Assembly: GCA_037127815.1 (NCBI GenBank)
Contig: JBAXXP010000003.1
Span: forward strand, 24,096-88,095
Source: a bacterium
GTDB lineage: Bacteria > Patescibacteriota > Minisyncoccia > Phycocordibacterales > CAIZLB01
Reading direction: 5' to 3'
DNA length: 64,000 nt
Shown: positions 38,016-46,525 of the stretch, one piece after another
How positions within the stretch are numbered: position 1 is the first letter of the stretch
How the letters are laid out: every line of letters starts with the position of its first letter
Program-made: the position numbers and the translations under genes
The notes under the pieces: generated by a model
Database searches by the model: none
Told to the model about the DNA's origin: nothing
The model's input: the letters and a program-made list of their open reading frames with translations, nothing else

Positions 38016-38822
38016 CTATATGCCTTTTACAAATCTGCGCCTTGTCACAATAGACCTTTTCAACTTAATTTCCAGTCTCTTTCTGGCATCACCTGCAATA
38101 TCACCACCAAATTTTGCATCTTCTTTAAGTTTTGATATACCTTTTGAATCTTCATTTCTATGAATTTCGGTTGTAGAGCGCTCTCCCAACATATTAAAAA
38201 TCAATTCAAAATCATTCATGTTATCTCTCAAACTTTCTTTTTTAAGTCCTTTGAGTTTTTTATATTCTGAGGGTGTAACACCGAAGGTAGCTTTAGAAAT
38301 TTCTGCTGTTAATATTTCATAATCAAGACAATCTCTTGCCCCTCTACTTTTCCATTCCTCAGTCAGCTCTTCACGAATGGTAATACCATGCATACGTTTC
38401 TCAATCCAGTTTTCACTATAACCTTTTAGTTTATACAATTCCCTTGTTCTTTTGACTCCGAGTTCTGGATCCTCTATTTCTTTAACTCTTTCATAACCAA
38501 CCTTTGCTAACCACCGTTTGAATGGTTCTGCTTTTGGCGAAGGAATAGATTGAATAATACGAAATACCCCTTCTGTATTTGCGCAGTCAGTTTCATATTT
38601 TTTACCATCAGATGACTCCAAATTCAGTTGACTACAAATTGTAGACAACTGAATCCCTTCATCATTTTTGACACGAGTTTTCATTGCGCTCCAATAAGCA
38701 CTTGCTCTTGTGCTATCTGTGAGCACAGCTACTATATCTACAATTGAAAAGTACCATTCCTTATTATGAATAACTCTACGTACCCTTCCTCCGTTAAATA
38801 TCACTATTTTGGAAATCTCCAT
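38016..38822 (-). CDS. Bro-N domain protein (phage antirepressor / DinD-like)
   Basis: N-terminal Bro-N signature (FNGGRVRRVIHNKEWYFSIVDIVAVL...GVFRII...FKRW). Confidence 0.7.
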   Translation of the reverse strand: MEISKIVIFNGGRVRRVIHNKEWYFSIVDIVAVLTDSTRASAYWSAMKTRVKNDEGIQLSTICSQLNLESSDGKKYETDCANTEGVFRIIQSIPSPKAEPFKRWLAKVGYERVKEIEDPELGVKRTRELYKLKGYSENWIEKRMHGITIREELTEEWKSRGARDCLDYEILTAEISKATFGVTPSEYKKLKGLKKESLRDNMNDFELIFNMLGERSTTEIHRNEDSKGISKLKEDAKFGGDIAGDARKRLEIKLKRSIVTRRRFVKGI

Positions 38823-38848
38823 ACTGTGATTAAATATTATATTTTAAT

Positions 38849-38877
38849 GTGCGGCAGAAATTTCATTTCTGCCGCAC
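38849..38877. repeat. 13-bp perfect palindrome gtgcggcagaaat-ttc-atttctgccgcac followed by A8
   Basis: GC-rich dyad at the junction of the Bro-N cassette and repeat copy B. Confidence 0.6.
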
Positions 38878-38885
38878 AAAAAAAA

Positions 38886-38943
38886 TAACAAATCAATATG
38901 AGTTTTCTATAAAGAAAAGATAAAGAAATACCAAAGATTTTAT
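38886..38943. repeat. 58-bp perfect direct repeat, copy B
   Basis: Identical to 37900..37957. Confidence 0.85.
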
Positions 38944-38948
38944 ATTAA

Positions 38949-39899
38949 CTATATCTTGTATTCTCCTATAGAAATTCTTTTTATAGAATATGCCAAAGCC
39001 GGAACATTTAATTTTTCACCAATTAGTTCAGCTAGAGTTCTCATGTACGACCCGCTTCCACATCTAACTTTTATCTTAATCAAAGGAAATTCAATACCCT
39101 GAGTACTATCGCCAGAATGCTTCTTGGTATTTTTTTTTGTATTACTAGAACTATTATTTACAGAGACCTTGTCCCACTCTTGTATTATTTCATTCTGTCT
39201 AAAGTCACCTTTTATTTTTTTGATCCTTTTGATAACATTATTATGTAGTTCATTGGCAGTGATAAAACTGAGATCAATAAACTCAATATCTTTTATAGAC
39301 AGTTTTGTTGTCGGTCTAACAAATGAATCTTTTGATTCATTTGTTGTTTTTTTTCCGAACTCACACTCTTCATTTTCTACATCTTCTTCTGAATCAAATT
39401 CTCTAAACCACATATGTAGTGGCTTTCCGTTTACAGTCTTTGAAGAAAACCATGGATATGGTACCTCCAAATCACCAATAAATGATTCACAAATATTTCC
39501 AATATTTTTAATATCAAAAACTACCTCATTATTTGAAACAGAATTTAATAGCCCTAAAATATCTCCAGTATCAGTTACGGCACCCAGCAGAACCTCAACC
39601 TTATATTCTTTCTCTAGACCCAAAAAGTGTTCCTTGTCCTTTATAGCCTCACCTCGCAAAAAAATCATCAGACCTTCTGCCACAGGATCCAAGCGTCCAG
39701 CGTAAGTGAATTTATCATTAAATGGTAAAAAACCTTCATCTTTTAAACGATTTAAACACTCAAGAGGTGTTTCTCCTTCCTTTTTATATGCCACAAAAAC
39801 ATCGTTTTGTGTATGTAGTTTTTGATTGTCTAAATTAGTCATCTTAGGATACAATAATACCACTAAATTAAATAATATGAGAAAACTTTTTTTTGACAT
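38949..39899 (-). CDS. tRNA pseudouridine synthase (TruB-like) with a long insertion
   Basis: Catalytic YAGRLDPVAEGL motif and C-terminal GSGSYMRTLAELIG motif. Confidence 0.55.
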   Translation of the reverse strand: MSKKSFLILFNLVVLLYPKMTNLDNQKLHTQNDVFVAYKKEGETPLECLNRLKDEGFLPFNDKFTYAGRLDPVAEGLMIFLRGEAIKDKEHFLGLEKEYKVEVLLGAVTDTGDILGLLNSVSNNEVVFDIKNIGNICESFIGDLEVPYPWFSSKTVNGKPLHMWFREFDSEEDVENEECEFGKKTTNESKDSFVRPTTKLSIKDIEFIDLSFITANELHNNVIKRIKKIKGDFRQNEIIQEWDKVSVNNSSSNTKKNTKKHSGDSTQGIEFPLIKIKVRCGSGSYMRTLAELIGEKLNVPALAYSIKRISIGEYKI

Positions 39900-40452
39900 T
39901 GAAACTAGAAATACATTTCAGGAGGTAGGTAAGGCAGACCCTGCAGCACTAGATATCTCTGTATTATGTGCCTACGACTCTGAAACTGCTGAATATACAA
40001 GTTATACTCAGGAAGATTTACATAAATTTTGGCCTTTAATTGAGCAAGCTGACGTTCTTGTGACTTTCAATGGCGATCATTTTGATATTCCCCTACTTAA
40101 CAAATACTATCCAGGAAACCTACTACAAAAGAAAAGTCTAGACCTTCTTAAGGAAGTTAAAAAATCCCTTGGCTTTAGAGTGGGGTTGGGTGTTATTGGA
40201 CAAGGAACATTAAACGCTGGAAAAAGTGCTCATGGGTTAGAGGCTGTGGAATGGTGGAAAAAAGGCGAGATTGAGAAAATAATAAAATATTGTCTTGACG
40301 ATGTTAAAATCACTAAAGAGGTTCATGATTACGCAATCGCCAATAAAAAGCTAAAATATAAGGAAGGTGAAGCTATTATTGAATTCTCTGTTGAAACAAA
40401 AGACTGGGAAGATGCTGGAGAAAACAAGATGAACTTTACATTGCCTTTTTAG
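39826..40452 (+). CDS. DEDD-type 3'-5' exonuclease (RNase H-like, PolB-exonuclease-related)
   Basis: Motifs FFDIET, FNGDHFDIP and YCLDDV. Confidence 0.55.
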   Translation: MSKLVILGYNNTTKLNNMRKLFFDIETRNTFQEVGKADPAALDISVLCAYDSETAEYTSYTQEDLHKFWPLIEQADVLVTFNGDHFDIPLLNKYYPGNLLQKKSLDLLKEVKKSLGFRVGLGVIGQGTLNAGKSAHGLEAVEWWKKGEIEKIIKYCLDDVKITKEVHDYAIANKKLKYKEGEAIIEFSVETKDWEDAGENKMNFTLPF

Positions 40453-40477
40453 CATTTAATTTGATATAATAGACAAC

Positions 40478-41221
40478 ATGGAAAATACACAAAACAAAGT
40501 ATCGATACAAGCACTAATAATACCTTTAGCGATTGTTGTTGCGGGAGCATTAATAGCCGGAGGAATATATATGACTGGAACAAATCCAAGTAAGGCTGTA
40601 GCTAACGCTGCTGTAAAATTACCAAATCCAACAGCAAACATTGTTGTAGAACCAATAACAGCAGTAGACCATGTCCTAGGAGATCCAAAAACAGCAAAGA
40701 TTACAATTATAGAATACTCAGATCTAGAGTGTCCTTTCTGTAAGTCATATCATGCAACAATTGGAAAAATCTTCGATGAAAAGAAAGCTGATGGAACTTT
40801 AGCTTGGGTTTATAGACACTCTCCAATTATTGAACTACACAGCAATTCACCAAAGGAAGCAGAGGCAACAGAGTGTGCAGCAGAACTTGGAGGAAATACA
40901 GTTTTCTGGAAATATCTTTCAGAAATATTTAAAAATACCCCATCAAATAATGGCTTAGAAAAAGCTAAATTGTATGAATTTGCTGACACAGTTGGATTAG
41001 GTGCGAAAGCATTCAAAACATGTTTAGACAGTAATAAATATGCAAGTAAAATATCAGAACAAATTGTAGCAGCAAAGAAGGCTGGTGTTGAAGGTACACC
41101 TTATACAGTTCTTATAATGGACGGAAAGAATGTTCCATTAGTGGATAAAGACGGAAACGGACTAGGAGCTATGCCTTATCCTCAGATGAAGCAAATCATT
41201 GATAGTTTGTTGAAACAATAG
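40478..41221 (+). CDS. DsbA-like thiol:disulfide oxidoreductase, membrane-anchored
   Basis: N-terminal TM segment and CPFC active site. Confidence 0.75.
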   Translation: MENTQNKVSIQALIIPLAIVVAGALIAGGIYMTGTNPSKAVANAAVKLPNPTANIVVEPITAVDHVLGDPKTAKITIIEYSDLECPFCKSYHATIGKIFDEKKADGTLAWVYRHSPIIELHSNSPKEAEATECAAELGGNTVFWKYLSEIFKNTPSNNGLEKAKLYEFADTVGLGAKAFKTCLDSNKYASKISEQIVAAKKAGVEGTPYTVLIMDGKNVPLVDKDGNGLGAMPYPQMKQIIDSLLKQ

Positions 41222-41279
41222 ATCTCTGCTACAGGGTTCATGATTTATTTATATATATAAATAAATCCACCATTGCAAC

Positions 41280-41966
41280 ATGAAAATTTCAATTATTATT
41301 CCTGCACATAATGAAGAGGCTTCTATTGAAGCTGTCGTTAAAGCTGCGTTGAAACAGGACTATCCTGATTTTGAGATAATCGTTGTCGATAATTGCAGTA
41401 CTGACAGAACTGCAGAAATTGTGAAAAATATGGGAGTCAAAGTAGTCTCCGAAACCCGTAAGGGTACACAGTGGGCAAGAGAGAAAGGTCGGACTGAAGC
41501 TAACGGTGACATTATAGCCAATCTTGATGCTGACTGTTTATCTGATTCTAACTGGCTTCAAAAAGGTGTAAAACATTTTTCTTCCAAGAAAGTGGTTGCC
41601 GTTACCGGTCCTTATGATTATTACGATGGTGATAAATTTTTTAGAAAATTCTCCCTTGTATTTCAGAAATGCGCATACACTATATCTAATTATATTCTAC
41701 AAAAAATTCACAAAGGTGCTGTCACAATAGGTGGAAATGTTTTTCTTCGAGCTAATATTTTAGAAAAGATTGGTGGATACAATACAAATATATTGTTCTA
41801 CGGTGATGATACAGATACAGCAAAGCGAATGGCAAAAGAAGGTACGATTATTTTTGATAGAAATCTTATAATGAAGACTTCAGCAAGACGTCTTAAATCA
41901 CAGGGGTCTATAAAAACATCGGTTATTTATATTTATCACTTCTTTAAGGTTATTTTTAGGGCTTAG
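41280..41966 (+). CDS. Family 2 glycosyltransferase
   Basis: Motif ISIIIPAHNEE...IIVVDNCSTD. Confidence 0.8.
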   Translation: MKISIIIPAHNEEASIEAVVKAALKQDYPDFEIIVVDNCSTDRTAEIVKNMGVKVVSETRKGTQWAREKGRTEANGDIIANLDADCLSDSNWLQKGVKHFSSKKVVAVTGPYDYYDGDKFFRKFSLVFQKCAYTISNYILQKIHKGAVTIGGNVFLRANILEKIGGYNTNILFYGDDTDTAKRMAKEGTIIFDRNLIMKTSARRLKSQGSIKTSVIYIYHFFKVIFRA

Positions 41967-42122
41967 AGACTTAGTGTTCGAAAGATTATATAAATATTTA
42001 AATTAGGGGTAAAGCTCTAAAACACACGAAATTACCCAGAAGGCGAGCCTGTGGCGATTTTTCTAAATCGTTTGCTGAATTGACTGAGCCCAAATAGACA
42101 TTGATGATATAATAATACTATC

Positions 42123-42974
42123 ATGCAATCAGAGAAAAAAATAAGAAACGATATTCCCTACAAAAAAGAAAGGCTAGTTAGGGTTATTGTGCAATTTAGA
42201 AACGGATCAACATCCGCAGGAACAGGTTTTTTTATAAATAGTAGTGGAGAACTTTTGACATGTTTTCATGTTATTTCTGCAATGGAGTTACGTAATTTTA
42301 GAATACAGAAATCTCAAAACATAAACTCCCCCACGCTTACAAACGTATCGTCCTCTAGCTTATCAGAGCATGATAAAATAAAAAACTCATTAGAAACCTC
42401 CATAATGAGAATAGAGGTTGAACTTCATGATGGTGTTAGAAAAATTGCTACGTTAACAAAATTTAATGAAACTTACGATGTATGTTTGTTAAAAATCGAG
42501 CAAACAGATAGTGGCAATAATTTTCCATTCTTTGAACTTGATACATCTTACATGCCAGAATATGATGAATCTACTTTCTTCTGTGGTTTCCAAATGACAG
42601 GTGGATATAATGATCCCACTATGTATCCATTTTCAACAAACAGAGCTGTAGTATCTGCCTTTCCTAATATTGAGGTGGCCGGTGATAAATATAATCACAT
42701 TCAATTGAATTCTATAAATCTTGGTGGAAATAGTGGGGCCCCTCTATTTACAGAAGGAAGTAATACGGTTATCGGAATAATAAACGGAAACATGAGTTGG
42801 GGTCGAGGAGACCTTGCGGTTGTTAACAATATTAGCGTCATTAATACTGACTCTACACAGAACACAGCGCCTGAGACCGTACAAAGCCTCTCTCAAGGAC
42901 TATTGCGAGTTCCTCTTTCTATTGCGTATTCAACCCCAATAAAGCTGATAAGCGAGCAAACTAATATTTTATAG
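42123..42974 (+). CDS. Trypsin-like (S1) serine protease
   Basis: His (LTCFHV) and Ser (GGNSGAPLF) catalytic motifs. Confidence 0.65.
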   Translation: MQSEKKIRNDIPYKKERLVRVIVQFRNGSTSAGTGFFINSSGELLTCFHVISAMELRNFRIQKSQNINSPTLTNVSSSSLSEHDKIKNSLETSIMRIEVELHDGVRKIATLTKFNETYDVCLLKIEQTDSGNNFPFFELDTSYMPEYDESTFFCGFQMTGGYNDPTMYPFSTNRAVVSAFPNIEVAGDKYNHIQLNSINLGGNSGAPLFTEGSNTVIGIINGNMSWGRGDLAVVNNISVINTDSTQNTAPETVQSLSQGLLRVPLSIAYSTPIKLISEQTNIL

Positions 42975-43067
42975 TTATCCACAAGATTGCTAACATTAGG
43001 TACTTTTTCTTTGGTTTTTGTTTATTTAAAAATGCATTAATATTAGTATTATAATTAAATTTTAAAA

Positions 43068-43736
43068 ATGAAAATACTAATAATAGATGATGATATTTTT
43101 TTGGCTGAAGCAATGAAAAGTTCTCTTGAATCCTTATGTTATGTTGTTGACATGGCACATGATGGAAAGAGCGGTTCTTATATAGCAAGAATAAATAAAT
43201 ATAATATTATATTATTGGATTTAATCCTTCCTGAAAAAGACGGTGTGACAATTTGTAAAGAAATCAGAATGGCGGGAATAACCTGTCCAATTCTTGTTGT
43301 TTCTACCCAATCAGAAATACCAGACAAAGTTACAATGCTAAAAATAGGTGCGGATGATTATATTACTAAGCCATTTAATATTGAGGAGCTTCTTGCAAGA
43401 ATTAATGCTTTAACAAAAAGGCCTTATGAAATCATGGAGGATGTTATGACATTAGATGATTTAACAATTGATACAAATACTCAAATGGTTACAAAACAAG
43501 GCCAAGAAGTTTATTTAACCCGCAAGGAATATATGCTACTTAATTGTTTTGCAAGAAATGAAGGCAAAATAATAACAAGAGGAAGAATCCTAGAGGAGGT
43601 TTGGGAAAGAGATTCAAATCCATTTACCAATACAGTTGAAACACATATTAGAAACTTAAGAAAAAAAATTGAAACTGGAGACAAAAGAATGATACATACA
43701 GTTAGTGGGCGTGGTTATAGAATGCTTAGATCTTAA
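43068..43736 (+). CDS. OmpR-family response regulator (no adjacent histidine kinase)
   Basis: Receiver domain (DDD...K) plus winged-helix domain. Confidence 0.9.
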   Translation: MKILIIDDDIFLAEAMKSSLESLCYVVDMAHDGKSGSYIARINKYNIILLDLILPEKDGVTICKEIRMAGITCPILVVSTQSEIPDKVTMLKIGADDYITKPFNIEELLARINALTKRPYEIMEDVMTLDDLTIDTNTQMVTKQGQEVYLTRKEYMLLNCFARNEGKIITRGRILEEVWERDSNPFTNTVETHIRNLRKKIETGDKRMIHTVSGRGYRMLRS

Positions 43737-43822
43737 ATGATTATTGAGTAGTTATATAACAATGAAAAAACATCGCTGGGCAAACCATACGATGTCTTAT
43801 AAGTGGAGTGAACTTTTGATCC

Positions 43823-44146
43823 CTATGATTCTGGGCTATCATATTCACCTGACTTTATTTTTTTCTTAACACCAAGATATTCCATGTATCCAATAAGCAT
43901 TCCAGCAATGGCTGCGCCTTCCATTATAGAGAACATTAATAGTGATGGTAAGTTGAGCCATATCACCAGGACATAGAACAGAACATGAGGCACCAGCACG
44001 AAAACTGATACCAACTTCATTGATCTACGATCCTTGAATCCGTCTCTGAACGCTGCGTAGAATCCGGCAGTGCTGTATATAAAATTGATGAGCACTAAAA
44101 TTCCAAGCCCAATACACATAAGAGTATTACTGCTAATCGATGTCAT
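43823..44146 (-). CDS. Hypothetical small membrane protein
   Basis: 107 aa with 3 TM helices. Confidence 0.4.
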   Translation of the reverse strand: MTSISSNTLMCIGLGILVLINFIYSTAGFYAAFRDGFKDRRSMKLVSVFVLVPHVLFYVLVIWLNLPSLLMFSIMEGAAIAGMLIGYMEYLGVKKKIKSGEYDSPES

Positions 44147-44429
44147 TTGTTTACGTGGTTGAATTTAGTTTGATATCAGAATCATATTACCAGCTGCCGC
44201 CAGTAGTGTTATTAGCCCTTACTAATAACTGATTATGATTATCATTTCTAAATTCAATCAAACAAATAAAGAATATCTCAAATCGAATCGAAAGAACTTT
44301 ATTTCATGGCTAACAATAACCTAAATTAAGTGGTATGTCAATCAATTTTAGGGCCGATTTTGTTGGCTCCAGATAGCAATAAATGTTATTATATCTTGTA
44401 CTTATTAATCAATTTATAATTTAAAATAC

Positions 44430-45119
44430 ATGAAAAGTGAATTAAAATTTATTGGAGTTATCGCATTTATAACAGTTCTGGTTGTTGGTGCAGGGCTATA
44501 TATTTCAGCTCAAAACGGCGGGCAAACAGGTATTCCAAAACCAATACTTAAAATGGAGCTTCTTGTAAAAGCTGGAAACCCAGTTACTGAGAATGGTGTA
44601 ACTTCCCTACTAAAAGACTCTGTCGTAAGCACTTCATCTGTGACAATAGTAGAGTTTGCTGACTATGCATGTCCAGCGTGCTCATCACTTGAACCTGAGA
44701 TTGAACAATTGTTAAAAGAAAATCCTACAATAAGGTACGTATACAGAACTATACCAATTCATGCCCAGTCAAAAGATGAAGCTAAGATGGTATACGCCTC
44801 TATTGCACAAGGAAAATTCAAGGAGTTTGCAAGTGTAGTGTTTAAGAATCAGCAGGAGTGGGATAAAGTTGGAACAGACTATAAACCTTTCTTTGAGAAA
44901 TACGCAAAAGATCTTGGTATTGATGTTGCAAAACTAAATGATGATGCAAAAAATCCAGCATATCTAGCAACAATTGAGTCAGATGCAAAAGATGCTAATG
45001 ATTTAAGTATATATGCAACACCAACAGTTATTTTTGTAGGACCAAAGGGTTCAACTTATATTCAAGGAGCTGTTCCAAAGTCAGAGCTTCAGAAAATGGT
45101 TGATACAGTTTCAAAATAG
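44430..45119 (+). CDS. DsbA-like thioredoxin-fold protein (second paralog)
   Basis: N-terminal TM segment and CPAC motif. Confidence 0.7.
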   Translation: MKSELKFIGVIAFITVLVVGAGLYISAQNGGQTGIPKPILKMELLVKAGNPVTENGVTSLLKDSVVSTSSVTIVEFADYACPACSSLEPEIEQLLKENPTIRYVYRTIPIHAQSKDEAKMVYASIAQGKFKEFASVVFKNQQEWDKVGTDYKPFFEKYAKDLGIDVAKLNDDAKNPAYLATIESDAKDANDLSIYATPTVIFVGPKGSTYIQGAVPKSELQKMVDTVSK

Positions 45120-45144
45120 TCATAGACACAGATTTAAGAAGAAT

Positions 45145-45182
45145 AGCCGCAGCACCAAAGGTGCTGCGGCTATTGTTTTGTT
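45145..45182. terminator. Rho-independent terminator (agccgcagcacc-aaa-ggtgctgcggct + TTGTTTTGTT)
   Basis: 12-bp perfect stem. Confidence 0.6.
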
Positions 45183-45187
45183 GGAGG

Positions 45188-45826
45188 TCAACACGGGACC
45201 ATTGAACCCCAAGAGCTGCGTCTGACAAATTTCTCTCTGCAAATCGTCAGTCCAAAGCTATCCACCGGACGAGTATAACCGAGCCACGCTGTAAACCAAA
45301 ACCATGACCCATCATTATTTTTACTCACATTCCGATGAAGATTGAATACACATCTTCGTCCACGAAAACCACGAAGCACGGTACCTAGAAACTCGATATG
45401 TTCAACACCAAACTCATCGTATATAAAGCGAAGTGCCGTCTGTCCTTCTTCCACAAATAAGGCTTGTCCAAATTTGGCATCCGCCTGAACAGACGTCCTA
45501 ACCAATCTTTCTTTTCTCACTTCCCCAGTTATGCGGTTTTCTCCTGGTTTCAAACCATTAAGAAAATTACATTGCTTTGAAAATTTAGAAAAATCAATCT
45601 CCATGATATTAGATGAACGTTTACTCTGCTCCTCTTTGCCCTCCAGACCATTTCCATCCTTTGGACCACGCCAGGTTTCCAATTTGAAACCTTCTTCATT
45701 ACCCCTACTTGCGGTGAGTGTGAATGGTATACTTCTATCAATACGGATAATTACAGGTTTAATCTTTACCTGCATACTCGCAGGATCTTCACGCTCTAAA
45801 CTTAAGTCTGAATTACTTTGTGTCAT
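45188..45826 (-). CDS. Hypothetical protein in GC-elevated islet
   Basis: 212-aa ORF. The local G+C is clearly higher than the flanks, so a compositionally driven ORF cannot be excluded. Confidence 0.35.
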   Translation of the reverse strand: MTQSNSDLSLEREDPASMQVKIKPVIIRIDRSIPFTLTASRGNEEGFKLETWRGPKDGNGLEGKEEQSKRSSNIMEIDFSKFSKQCNFLNGLKPGENRITGEVRKERLVRTSVQADAKFGQALFVEEGQTALRFIYDEFGVEHIEFLGTVLRGFRGRRCVFNLHRNVSKNNDGSWFWFTAWLGYTRPVDSFGLTICREKFVRRSSWGSMVPC

Positions 45827-46082
45827 AAAACATATCTATTGGTTTGAATTTCTTTTGAAAAATCTTCCCTCATTGGTTGATTTGCCCTTATTTAATTTAC
45901 CGTTTTAGATGTTATATGTCAATTTAATATTCTTAAAAAATAAGGTATAACCACAGTATTATATTGCCTACAATTAATTTGACATATCAAGTTTTGTATG
46001 TAATATTAATAATGATTTTACTTAAGGGAGTAGAATTAACGAAGGTTCAACTAGCACAAATATTCACACATAGAAAAATAAC

Positions 46083-46427
46083 ATGTCCCATTTGGATGAG
46101 GAAATTGCCAAGAAAATGGCCCGGCTTCTGGATTTAGATAAGGAGACCGTTGCCAGACTTACGGATATCATCAAAACCAAAACGGCTGTTGAAGCTCGTG
46201 GAGCCTATGATAGAGCAGCACGTGGTAGCACTGAAAAGGCTTTTGCAGAACAACATTGGGATCATATCTCGATGGAAGCAGTCAAAAGCGCAACTACCTG
46301 TAAAGACCTCGGTGCTGCAACCTCGGAAGCGAGAGATGGCAGTAAAGCCCTGTATGTTGGGTTCAAGAGACTTCACGATAGATGTCTTACGTCCAGCGAT
46401 GGACTATTGGGATGCTGCTCCAAATAG
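46083..46427 (+). CDS. Hypothetical small Ala-rich protein in GC-elevated islet
   Basis: 114-aa ORF. An overlapping 177-aa ORF in another frame runs through both terminator hairpins and is probably spurious. Confidence 0.3.
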   Translation: MSHLDEEIAKKMARLLDLDKETVARLTDIIKTKTAVEARGAYDRAARGSTEKAFAEQHWDHISMEAVKSATTCKDLGAATSEARDGSKALYVGFKRLHDRCLTSSDGLLGCCSK

Positions 46428-46451
46428 CTACACGACTCAAACAACCAAAAA

Positions 46452-46486
46452 CCGGCGGCCGTTCAATCGGCCGCCGGATTTCTTTT
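46452..46486. terminator. Bidirectional terminator ccggcggccg-ttcaat-cggccgccgg, followed by a second 14-bp palindrome at 46487-46514
   Basis: Perfect 10-bp GC stem flanked by A- and T-runs. Tandem perfect palindrome ggggtcaggcacca/tggtgcctgacccc. Confidence 0.6.
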
Positions 46487-46525
46487 GGGGTCAGGCACCA
46501 TGGTGCCTGACCCCAAATACAAATA

